NCBI RefSeq assembly: GCF_009914755.1
Contig: NC_060936.1
Length of the DNA stretch: 64,000 nt
Source of the DNA: the human T2T-CHM13v2.0 reference genome, Homo sapiens
Strand: one strand, 5' to 3'
Shown: positions 39,803 to 53,051 of the stretch, piece after piece
Layout of the letters: each line of letters opens with the position of its first letter
How positions within the stretch are numbered: the first letter of the stretch is position 1
Position numbers and translations under genes: made by a program
Notes under the pieces: model-generated
Told to the model about the DNA's origin: nothing
The model's input: the letters and a program-made list of their open reading frames with translations, nothing else
Databases searched by the model: none

Positions 39803-40050
39803 AGAATATATGATGCTATATTTAGGAAATATTTATTTTTTATTAAACCTCACTGTACCTGATTCCCATTTGGTGGTTCATGTCAGAATTATCTGGATAA
39901 ATTTTACAAACTGTACAAGCCTGGCTCTCAAAACTTCAGTGCTGCCAAACCAGAGACTTGAGACTGGGCTGGGTAAGTGCTGGGCCAGAAAGGTCTGGGC
40001 ATGTCATTAGCAGCTGTCCTGCTGGTCAAAAATCAGTGGTTTGGGTAGGT

Positions 40051-40232
40051 CAGTGTTGCCTAAAATCTCTGCCCACCACGATCACCTGGGGAGCTTTATC
40101 AAAATATAAATATCCAGCCCCCACTCAGAATAAACACTCAGAATCTTGTGGGGATGGTGGTGGGGCAGGACCTGGATAGTTTGAAAGATCTCCCCAGGTG
40201 ATTCTGATGCCCTGTCAGGTTGAGGGACCACT
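40051..40232. mobile_element. MER5A-like hAT-Charlie MITE
   Basis: atcacctggggagcttt...ctccccaggtgattctgatg...ttgagggaccact. Confidence 0.8.
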
Positions 40233-43200
40233 CCTCCAGATGATAGACAACATTAATGAAATGAGAACAGCATTTTTAATGATGAAAAGGTCACCTAGCA
40301 ACAAGGGAGAGATTCGTGGAGGGTATAAAGCTGAGATCTAGTGATGGTTAGTTTCTTTAGATCAGTATTCCACTTACACAATCAGCTTATCTAAGTTGGA
40401 TTTTTTTTCTATTTTTCTTTTTTTTTTTTTTTTGCCAACTGGAAATATTTATAGTGTTAATAGTGGCAAAGGAAGCATATAAATGTTTCTGAACCCTGGA
40501 GTAGGGAAGCTGAGAAATGGCTTTTACTTCAGAAATGAGTCTAAGGGATAAGGCTCCCAGAACAAGAAAAATGGAATTGATGAAGAACTAGCTTATCTAA
40601 CTTGTGGGTTGTTGTGTGAATAAACAAGGGAAAATACAGACCCAGCTGCTAAGCTCTTTTCAGCATTCTTGCATTGAGCTCCTTGTGATGACATTGCTTT
40701 GAGAAAGACTGCAGCTGAGTGCTATTTAAATACAAAGGCAGCCACCTCAGCCACCGAGATTAGCAGAGTGCTGTGTTTGCTGTGAGTGGTGGTTGGTGCT
40801 GGGGGTGGAGGAGATGCAGGAAGAAGCTGAAAGATTTAAGAGGAAATGGAGGGCTGGAAATCACTTTGGGGTCTGATAAAATTTGAGGAGAATAGATGTT
40901 TATATGGAAAAGGGGTAGGTTCTTTTTCATTTCTAGTTTTCTGAGAATGACAATCTATTAACTGCGTTAACATTAAAATGTAAAATTTTCATTTTAGAAA
41001 GAATAGATGTGCCAATATGAATTCTTTAGTTCCACAAATCTCCTTTGAAACTGAAAACTGGCAGAAATGGAGCTGAACTTTTGTTAAAACAAGTCATTTA
41101 TATCAGAAGTGGCCCACTAATAGCAAAACTGGGGTTACAGAAGCAGTTGCAACTTTTGCAGAAATTGGATAGGTGGTAGCTGAAACTGGTTTTCCAAATG
41201 GAAAGGATCAAACCATTTGGATGCTATAGAGGCACTAACAGAAGGACCTAAATAAAGTCTTGCTCTGGGAGCCTCACTCTAAGTCCCTTTAAAGTTATGC
41301 CACCGACAGAGGAGATCAGTGGTGATAGGAGACAAACAGCGCAGGGCCTCGGCTATTTTCTTTCTTGCAAACAGCCCTAATTTGGGTTCCCCAACTCCTA
41401 CCCCTTCCCCTATTCTCCAAAGTATTTATGGCTGTTAGTTTGCTTTTTAATACTGCGAACTTTCAAATGTAAGATCCTAAAGGAATAAGGACTGTTTCAT
41501 TTGAATGTTGTCATGTATGTTTCCCAAGATAGTGGGAACTTTGAGTAAATACTAATAAACTCAAAAGTTTACATTCACCACCCTAAACTTGTGCTTTAAA
41601 ACACATTCCATTACATAAGATTTCTTGGAAGAGATTTCTCGCAGGTTTCAGAGAAACTTCTAAGACATTTGACACAAGAATGAAAAAAATGAAAAAACAA
41701 ACAAAAACCTTTGCTAAACACCCAGGCTTCCTCGTAGGGGGCATTTGTGCAGAGTTGATATGCAAAATGATCAGTGATCAAAATCACACTGAGAAAGCCA
41801 ATTTGAAACCAATTTAATAGAACTTAAATTCTCTCACAGGAAATGTGTTTGGGCTTTTGGCAAAGGGCATGAATCTAAATCTCATGGATTTTTATTCATT
41901 ACGAGAATGCTATTTGACTTGGTTAACAAGTATTTGAGAAAATATCTGAAAAGCTGACTAAGTTTTCAGGGCACTAGAATATTATTGGGAGATCTGGTAA
42001 TTTTCTGCAGTTCTGTTACCCTCTGACCTGAGCAAAAAAGCATTCAATTCTGGGACATAAGCTGCAACCCAGTAGCCTAATGAATAATGGTATCTGAGCG
42101 ATAAATAAATGTCAGAAATAACTGAACAATCATGACTTACAAGCAATAATCTGATTTAGAAAAATATTAAATTAGGATCTAAATGGAAAGCGGTGTTTAA
42201 ACATTTCCATTTGAGAGACCCAGATTGTGCTTTGCTAAGTGGTGTTGGTGGGCAAAGGGCATTTGTTTCTGCCCTGGCAGGAGTGTGATTGATGCCGCTG
42301 CTTCTGCAAGCCTAGTAACCAACTATTATTACAGCAGCTCTGAGGTTTGTCGCTGGGCTGTGCAAACAAATGATCGACATCTTGTGGGAATGGCAGTAAG
42401 TGGAAGGGCCTCGGTGGAAAACATCGTTTGTGAAATAAGCTTTTCAGTCCAGAATTTAGCTACCGAGAGTGTAAAAACAAAGGTCTTTGCAAGAGAGACA
42501 GTGAGCAAAGCATGATGGATAATCTCGGCCATGCACGTAATTGCTTCCAGGTGTCTGGCCACTTTATTACTCTTGGGGTTATGCTACCACCCTGACAATG
42601 TTTTCTTTCTCAAACACGATAACTCCTCAGAAGGCTGGTGCCAGCAGTTACTGTTACCTACCTCACTCTAGGTTGACTCGATTAGGGCCCAGTCTCTAGA
42701 CAAACTGCCACATTAGGGAGATTTAATAAGGTGAGCATATAAAATGGAATTTAGGGAAACCCCATGAAAAGGTAGCTGAGAAGTTTGTTTTCTCCATGTG
42801 GGTTAAGTTGTATACTGCTAGGGCTATTGCCACCTTTTTGAAAGGCAGTTTTTTTCTCCTCTGTGTGACATTTTTAAACAAAGTACATGGCTTTCTTTTT
42901 GTTCAACTGGTTGGATTTCTAATGCCATTTTTAAGGATTTTTGGTATCCACAATTTAGTGTTTAATAATTTAATTCCCATGCAAACAGAGTAAAAATATA
43001 AGGTGTTCTTGCCTGAATGACAACACCTAGAAATAACAACGTTGAAGCAGTGTTCTTAACCACCTGCTTTTCTAGGCTAGGGAAAATAATCACAAAAACT
43101 TAAAAATAACATACCGTATTTCATTACTAAAAAGCTTGTTCCGACAATAATCAATATAAATTCTGATGTCCTTTACCTTCTTTGATATAGACAGATTTAG

Positions 43201-43433
43201 GAGTTGTCAAAAATTCAATATCTGATTTGCTATAAAAAGAACAAAATCTTGTAAATGAAAATAAATACTATGGACATTTTGTATCTATTTACAGTTTTTC
43301 TCCCCACAGTATCTCTAGAATCCATGGAGAGAGAGGGAATTTTTTTTTTTAAATTGGAAGTAAATAATAAGATTTGATTAAAATATGGCATACAAGATAA
43401 ATATGTACAATAACTCCTCTAACTTATTTTAAC

Positions 43434-43615
43434 TTCAGATAGTAGTTGACTGAAAACATCCTCGAAAGAAACATATATAAAAGAAACATATATATATCTA
43501 TACATATATTCAGATTGTAGTTGATAAAAGTAGATATTACCTTTAGATAGTAGTTGACTGAAAACATCCTCAAAAGAAACATGTATAAAAGAAACATATA
43601 TATATACATATATTT
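43434..43615. repeat. Local duplication: two about 70-bp copies 108 bp apart with a partial third copy between
   Basis: agatagtagttgactgaaaacatcctc(g/a)aaagaaacat(a/g)tataaaagaaacatatatatat at 43437 and 43545; ttcagattgtagttga at 43509. Confidence 0.95.
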
Positions 43616-45195
43616 ATATGATATTATTTTATACTTTGACAAAAGCATTTTTATACTTTTTAAATTCTGACAAAAAAGTCATCAAACAATAGAAATAATT
43701 TTATGTTTATTAAATTGTTTATTACTCTATTATTTTAAACAAATTGATCCTTGGTCTTCAGAAAAATTATTTCATACTATACACTGGTTGGCATGTACAA
43801 GATGAAGGTTCTGCCCTTGGGGCACAGGAAGACAATTATGTTTTAGAGCACTGCAGTTTGGACCATCAATCATTCATTTTTTCACAAGTATTTGGGTCCT
43901 TTTTCTCTTTTTGACCTTATTTCATATATTTGCAATTCAGAAATGTGCTCAAAGTTTGGCTTTTATATGTAAAAATTTAAATATATTTTTACTCACATGG
44001 CTCAAACAAATTTTACACTAAAAATGAATTGTGTTGGAATATAGAGCTAATTCCCAAGGAGGCACTGAAGCATCACTATTGACCTGGGTGAGGCCCAGAT
44101 GTGTCTGTACACCAACAGGGGTATACGGCGTAAAGCAAGATGGTTATTAAAAAATGTAATAGCATGAGAATTCCAATGCATTTTAATAAACTCATCTTTC
44201 TACAGTTTAAGTTAATTTATTCTACAAGAATACATGTATATGTATAAAATGGTCCTCCTTCTTATTAAAAAGATAATAATAACCTTTCACTGTGAAAGTG
44301 TGCCAAGCAAGAGGCTTTTATTTTTTTACAAAGCAATTTAAATGGGGACCCAGAGTAGACCATTTCACATGATATTTACAACTTCACCAATTTTAATAAT
44401 TTATCTACATTTATTTTACATTCTCCATGACTGAATGGTGAGTCTAGAATATGGCATGAATTTTGCCCCCATTTACTAGGCCATTCTTGCTGGGAAGGTC
44501 TCTTTTACTCTGTAGCCATTTAAAGGTTTCATTCTGTTTCTCTTGAACCTACCCTTTCTTGACCATCTCTTCCTGTTTCTCTTAGTGATAGAAAAAAAAA
44601 AAATAAATCATCCCGGTAATAACCTCCAGTTCCTTCCCATGAGGGTTCTGCAACCTCCCTGAAAATAGAGCCAACACCCCTGGGCCCCTTGACGTGCTTG
44701 AATTTGTAGTGTGAACCCAGCATAGGGCCTTTCTCTGAGAACCTTACCTGAAAAAGTGTAGTGAAACGTTCAGAAGGAGCAGTCAGTGGCTCTAGTGGGA
44801 AATGGCCCAGGACAAAAAGTCTCCTCTTCATCTAGGGACCTGGAAAGGCTTTCAGCAAAGAAAAAATATTATAGGATTATTATTTTTCTCTCAAAGGTGT
44901 CAAACATTCTAGAAGAAGACCACCAGAAAACAGGTGAGAAAAGCAAAAGCTTTATTGCTCATAGTAGGAAGGTCAGTAGGAGAGCAAGACTGACCCTACC
45001 TTCTGGTTGTTAGCAGAGGTTTGAGATGTGACACAGGCATTTAGGTCTCGAGAAAAGGGCACAAGACACAGTGATATAAGAAGGGGTGGATGCAGGGATA
45101 ACTGAATAGTTCTGCTTTCAGAAACACGTTCCTAAGCCTGAGCCAGTCAGGGAAAAGAGCATTCTGTGATCATTGGCTCATCAATAATATGACTA

Positions 45196-45507
<312 letters not shown>

Positions 45508-45899
45508 TTACAGTTCTTTTTACCTATAGGTTGTGAGAAGATCTGAAGCTGTTACCATGACACTGAGTCTTGTCATGCCAACAGGATGAGTACTGTCCCT
45601 CAGGCAGTGCTCTGTCCTGCTGTTTCCTACCTCTGAGACTTGAATCTTGCATCTTCTCTGTTTCTAAAGTCCTCCCTCAACTTCACCTACCCAGACCTTA
45701 ACCATTCTATGTGGCTTAGCTCAGATGTTATTTCCTGAAGTTTTCTCTGATTATGGCAAGGACTGCTATCTCCTTTTGAAGTCTATATGGTTTGACTGTA
45801 ATGCTATTATTGCATTTCCCTCCTATTGCCTTCTACTGAGGTTATTTGTGTATTTATCCAAATCCTTTATTGGATTTATAATCACTTAGCAGAGAGAAA

Positions 45900-46120
45900 A
45901 TTCACATGTGCCAGGCAGTGGGTTACATACTATCTGTGCCTAATCTCCTTTAATCCTGGTGAAATCTTTCTAATCTACGCATTATTGCCTTCATTTTTAA
46001 AGTGAAGAAACTGAGGCTCAGAGAGTTTGAGGGACTTGCCCAGGTCCCATGTTGGTAAGGGGTGGAATGGGGATTTGCACTTAGGTGTGTATGACCACAA
46101 AACCTAGGCTCTTTCCCACC
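45900..46120 (-). mobile_element. MIR
   Basis: gaagaaactgaggctcagagagtttgagggacttgcccaggtc core. Confidence 0.85.
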
Positions 46121-47455
46121 TCCTTATGCTGATACTCTTAGGGCAGGGATTGGAACTAATTTTTATTCTCTGTAGGAACTGTTAGATATTTGTTGATTTA
46201 ATTAGTGATCTTAACCAGTCATGTGGCATTTGGCTTTGTCGATATTATATTCTGAAATTGTTGAAAATGGCATTAAAGAGGAGTAAATCTTGAATTAGAC
46301 ATTGGGATTCATTGATTCCCTGTCATTTTTGCATTATAGCTTCCAGTGGTAGAGTAAAATGATGAGGAAATGATCTATTTAACCCAAAGTCCTTAAATTT
46401 ATCCCTACCCTTTTATTGCACTTTTAATATGAATGAATTAAAGAATTTTGGGGAGCAATTAGTTGATTTCAAATACCAATAGCAAGTAAGAGACCTGGTC
46501 TTCTGATTTTTCTTGATCTCATAACAGATTAAATGGATATTGAACTCTGGGTCATCCTGAAAGCAGACAATGTACATACATTTTGTCTGGAGTCACTATT
46601 TCTAGGGAGGAGATCATTTCAAGTTCTGTTTAGTGTAATGTCCCTGGAATTGTCTAGTGGTCCATTTTATGGAAACCTGTTGAGGTTAACATAAAAAACT
46701 GCAACACAAAAGGTGCCTCAAGGTGCTCTGTCTGCTAACAAAGTGAGTGAGCTCAGTGGAAGAGAGGCAGCAGGCAGCTGGAGACGACTGAGGTAACATA
46801 GAGGAGTCATGTGGCTTTGGCAACCAGGGAAGGAGGGTAGCAAGAAGGTCAAGACAACAAGCTCGACAAGGGTAGAGGCTAAGTCTCTCTTGTTCATTCT
46901 TTTAATTCCTAATACCCAGCAATTTGCTTGACACAAGGTGCTCAAAATCTAGCTGTTGAATGAAGAGTGATTAAAAGCTGCCATGAAACTGTTTTTGCCA
47001 AAATATCAATTATGCTATATAAGATGTGAATAACAGGCTGTATTATAGGGGACCAAGAGACCCCTTATTTGTGAACACTAGTGAGACATTCTCAGGATTA
47101 TCCTGAATTAGACTGAGGGAATTTGGGGGCTGAGGAGCAGTGATTTTCCACAGTAGGACTAAACTGGAGATTAATGTTTCTTTTCCTCTGATCCCATTAT
47201 TGCCCCAGGTACTTATGGCCTGAGAAAATGTAATATACCTATGTATTCATGCTGAGCTTTATACCATAGGAGATGGCTTACAGGATAACAAAATGAGTTC
47301 TTTTGGAAACTGCATTGTTATTTTCAGAGACCATTTAGTAAATTATCATTATGATGATTTTCAAATGTCAAATAGGTCTTATTATAGCTAGAAAGAGTTA
47401 ATGTAACTTCCAAAAATCCTTTACATAGTCCTAGGGGTTAAGATAGTCCCAGGTT

Positions 47456-47767
<312 letters not shown>

Positions 47768-48930
47768 CTATTTCCAAATTTAGTTTATAAGCACAAGACA
47801 ATATATGTGGTAAAAGATTTGGAGATATTATAAAATTATTTAATTTGGCCATGATCTTAGCTCCAGTTTAATTTACCTTCTACAGCCTGGTATAATACTC
47901 CTAAGACTGCTGACTTTGAATTCCATTTTGAGCTTGCAAGCCTTTTAAAAAACCTTATTTCCTTAAAAGGAACAAGAAGCCCTGTTTTTGTCCCTCACAG
48001 AGGAATTTGTGCAGGAAACAAGGAGGTAACGGGGTTAGTTATTTGAGGCAGATTCCTTCTGTGTGCAGCAGCATTCACTGAATTGCATCTGAGGCTACAA
48101 AGACAGTTTGCTTAAAATAGGTATAAGAGCTTTCTGTTGATCCTAGAGAGCAAATGAAATCAAGAGCACACCATACATCTCCTGCATTTCAGAATTCCTA
48201 GAAGACGCTTCTGCTTTTTCTTATTGGGATGTGATGTAAAAATTTGTGGTGAAAGGCAGATGTTCTTAATTAGCACCTTGAAATATTGCAGATAGCATAA
48301 AAGTGTGTACATTTGGTAGTAAGTCCCTAAATGAACTTGAGAAGCAAAGACATATTTTGAGGGGAGAGGAATGGAGGGCCTGAGAAAACGAAGCTTGGTT
48401 GGATGAAGAATGATCCTAATTCTCAGTTGATGAATATGGTCCTTGTTTCCAGAGAAATTACATTTATCCGCAGGAAAGAAGCAAGTAGAGCAAATCTCAA
48501 ACTGGAGACGTGGTTTCCTTGGCTCCTAAGGCTGAAGGCAGCAGCTGGAACCCAGCACCTGGTGTGTCCCGAGCAGCTGGATTTTCAACGGTTGTCACCG
48601 CATTGCATTCAGAAATGGAGGTTTTGGGAGTTTTTTGTTTTTGTGTTTTTTCAACATTGTCGCTTAAGTCAATACGGGTGTCCAAGGTTTCTGACAAAAT
48701 GGCTGCAGAATTGTCCTCCATATAGCTTTGGTGGACTCGGATCATCCATTTATCCATTGTTTAAAAACAAAACATAGTCAAACTTGTAAAATGGTTAGGA
48801 CTTGTATCAAGTCTAGATAAGCAGCCTAAAAGTTATGAGGGAACAAGGTCAAGGCTTTGAGGACAAAGGCCAGGCTTCCGTATAATGCCAGGTTCCATGT
48901 AGCAAGAGGCAGAGTGGGAATAAGATAAAA

Positions 48931-49125
48931 CATGAACAAATGAAGGTTGTCCATGTGGAGAAGGACGGACATGAACAAATGAAGGTTGTCCATGTGGAGA
49001 AGGACGGACATGAACGAATGAAGGTTGTCCATGTGGAGAAGGACGGACATGAACAAATGAAGGTTGTCCATGTGGAGAAGGACGGATATGAACAAATGAA
49101 GGTTGTCCATGTGGAGAAGGACGGG
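48931..49125. repeat. Minisatellite/VNTR, 5 x 39 bp (catgaacaaatgaaggttgtccatgtggagaaggacgga)
   Basis: Units start at 48931, 48970, 49009, 49048 and 49087; near-identical. Confidence 0.98.
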
Positions 49126-49329
49126 AGAGAAAATTCCCGGGCTGGCTGCTAGAGAAGCCACACCAAAGCCTTTCTTCTCTACTTCCTGAGGAAAACTGAC
49201 TTACGCCTTCTGTGATAGGATAATACTTTGGATTTACATAGAAAAAAAACACCCATTCCACAAAATATTGACAATTAGACGAACTAAATATTTTCTCAAA
49301 AATTTTTATGTATAAACATTTCTCTTAAA

Positions 49330-50900
49330 TTTACAATATAAACCTTATAAAAGCAAGAACTGTGTTTCACTCACCACTGCATTCCCAATGCATAGGACAG
49401 TATCTGGTAAATGCCAATTAAAGGAATAAAACAGAAATGAAACTCTCATGCACCAGGTACTGTGCCAGACGCTATGGACAAACACAGCTCTGGCCTTGAA
49501 GGGTTTATAGGGAATTTAGGGCATATCTACAAATAACATATGCAAAGTAGAAAGTGGTTCAGAGGAGACTATATTTAATGAGTTTATGGTGAGGATGGAG
49601 TTTCCCTCATGGGTGGGAAGTGGGGATAGAAAAGGGAAGACCCTGTATGGTCACTTATGTTTAGTGTTAACTTTATAGGTTGATGTGGGGCTTAGAAATG
49701 GCAGAGATGGACAAAAAGATGTTCCACGCCAAAGAAAATCTGTAAGTAAGGAGATTTTAGAAGGTGTAAGGGACTCTGCATGGCTCATTTCAGCTAAAGT
49801 GAAAGCTACTCGATGGTGATCATGAGAAGTGAGGTGGGGAATGGGAATCAAGATAAATGGATGGAGGCTCTGGAATGCCACAGAAAAGAAAATGGGGGCA
49901 TTATTCCATAGGAATCATGGAGAAGTATTGAAAGTTTTGGAAAAGGAGAAATATGGTCAGGGTTGAACTTTCGGGAAGTGAATTTGACAGCGGGATAGGT
50001 GATAAATTAGAGGAGCATGAGGCTGGAGGCAGCTAGGGAGCCCTTCATGGGGCTCAGGCAAAAGGCCACAAGCATTTGGACCAGAGTAGGGGCTATGAGC
50101 ATGAAATGTGGAAGCAAATGTGAGAGATGCCCCAGAGGGAGGGGCCCTTAGTGCAAGTGTTTGATGCAGAGCTGGAGATGTGAAGTGGAGGTTCGGGAGA
50201 GAAATCCGGATCAGAAAAAGATTTGGAAGCCATTTGGACAGAGCTGTGAGTTGAAGCTGTAAAAATTGAACCAGGCACCAAATGAGTGAACAGTAGAATA
50301 AACAGAGAAGGAAAGATCCTTTAAGGACACTTGAATTTATGGAGACAAATACAGAGGAAGGACTGGAGAAGAATGCAGAGAAGGGATTTTCAGAAACATA
50401 AGAGAATGAAGAGTATGCATTAAGGAAACCATAGGGAAAGGATTTCAAGAAGTCCAATAGGATCTAGTGTGGTGAAGAATGTAAACTGAGGAAAAGGCTC
50501 TGTCAACAAAATGTTCACCAGAGACACTTAAGAGAGAGGAGTACATGACAGAGATGGATTGAAGGTGATATTGCATCACTGACAGGGAGAAAAGCTGGCA
50601 GCAATACAATCCACTAATTCAGGAAGTTTTGGAGATTAAGAGCAAAGAGATAGAGTAGGGTCTTGATGGGGTGCTGAAAGAATTGGGGAAAAAACTTCAG
50701 GATAGGACAGGCTTGTACTGCTTATTTGATGAAGGAGAGGAGAGAGGAGGAAAGAAAGAGGGAAAGCGAGAGAAAAGGAGAGAGGAAGACAGGAAGGGAG
50801 GGTGAGGGAACAGGTGGGCATTGAGGGAGAGAGAGAGAGAATATTTGATGCTGTAAGGTAACAGGAAGAATAAATGTCCTTAGATTGTTAAAATTAAAAA
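49330..50900 (-). mobile_element. L2 relics (short + strand 3' end, then a long antisense fragment)
   Basis: aggtactgtgccagacgctatgga...; gaagtattgaaagttttggaaaaggag; gaggctggaggcagctagggagcc. Confidence 0.7.
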
Positions 50901-50979
50901 TATTCTGAAATCTCCTAACATAGTGTGTAAACAATGCAGACGAAAGCTGGAGATTAAAGGGACTTTACTACTTCAATTC

Positions 50980-51047
50980 GTGTGTGTGTGTGTGTGTGTA
51001 TGTGTGTGTGTGTGTGTATGTGTGTGTGAAAGAGAGAAAGAGAGAGA
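50980..51047. repeat. (TG)n/(GA)n microsatellite
   Basis: Seen directly. Confidence 0.97.
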
Positions 51048-51289
51048 AATGGAAAACTGGAGGGAGCACTTGGGAATATCCTGGAATCATTAGACATTTT
51101 TATCTTTGGTTCTTTCCAGTAGGGCGTGGAAAAGGGGTTCAGAAAACAGACATCCGATAGTTTATTGTGTATAGAATGTTTACCTGAATTCTGCTTTTTG
51201 CTAAGGCCTAAATTATGTTTTTGCAGAAGATCTTTTTTCTTGTTATGTTCTTATCATTAGTTGAGTGGAGTGTCCCTGAGGGCTTCTAG

Positions 51290-51629
<340 letters not shown>

Positions 51630-52715
51630 TGATTCCAAAGTACAGAAACTTAATATTTGAAGGTGTGGTCATGATCTGCTTATTCATGTGAATGGCCCAG
51701 GTTACAATGGCCCAATCTAGTCATTTTGTACCTTTCAAGGGCTATTTCCGTTTGTTTCTGGGCATGGGTTTAGTCTGCTGCTGAAAATGGAAGGCAGTGC
51801 CAAAATTACACGCATATTCATAAACTATAAACAAACACACAATTATACACACACAATCTGACACACCCCCTATAATAATAAACTGAAACCAAAGGCACCA
51901 CACAAAATACTTTTTTGCTTTGCTGGCAGAGTTTGTGGAAGAGTTTTTGTACTACAGGGCTCAATTTTCAGAGTTTATTACAAGTCCACAATTAACAAGA
52001 GTACATACAAAAGAATTATTCTCAGATGTACTATTGCAGTACTGTTTGTAACTCAAATATGCACTATCTGGGGCTTTGTTTGAGGTTGACAATATAGGAC
52101 TTATAATAGACCTGGTTGAGTTTTCAACATATTCTTGGAAAAGTTCTTTTATTTGCTTTTTAGCATACATGAATCTTTGCAATTTGTTCTCCTGTTTGGA
52201 CTGTATAAACAACATCAAGATGCTTTTTCTATTCATTCAAACAAACAATGACTTTGTAACTAAGAAGAAAATTAGTAACAGGTGAAAGTTTATTTTTAAT
52301 GACGTTGATATCATATTACTGTTTAACTTACAGAACAAACTTCCCCATGTCTCTTTAATGTTTCAAAATTATTTACAAATTAAACTTAAACAACCTCTAA
52401 ACGTGCTCAGAGCATAAAAATGGCAGCCTCTTTATCCTGTATTACTAACAGAATACAAAGGATATTGCTTTGTTCTGATTTTTTTCTTTGCAATTTATTT
52501 TTAAAACATCTTGCATTATAAAATTTTACATAAAGCTGTCTTGGAGATGTTTTATTTTGTACTTGTATGTAAATCAAAGTTCTGTGCTTGGAATTATGTT
52601 TCTTTTAAAATCCATACTAATATTTGCTTTTATTAGCTGCATTTTTATATTGTGTACTGTATATATTTGTTCCTGTTCTATTTCATTCTTTTAACATGAT
52701 TTTGTCTTTTGGTGA

Positions 52716-53051
<336 letters not shown>

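Noticed and set aside
44783-44800. CTCF-like motif gtggctctagtgg
   Set aside because: Out of register with the core consensus by one base; too weak to call
48931-49125. CRISPR-like array
   Set aside because: Units are head-to-tail with no unique spacers, the context is eukaryotic and no cas genes are present
48826-49261. Repeat-peptide ORFs (111, 142 and 70 aa) as real proteins
   Set aside because: Explained by a stop-free 39-bp unit divisible by 3; no promoter, splice or homology support visible
49957-50457. 166-aa minus-strand ORF (also 161 aa at 13207 and 154 aa at 28964)
   Set aside because: Within L2 or MLT1A relics, with low-complexity composition and no recognisable domain
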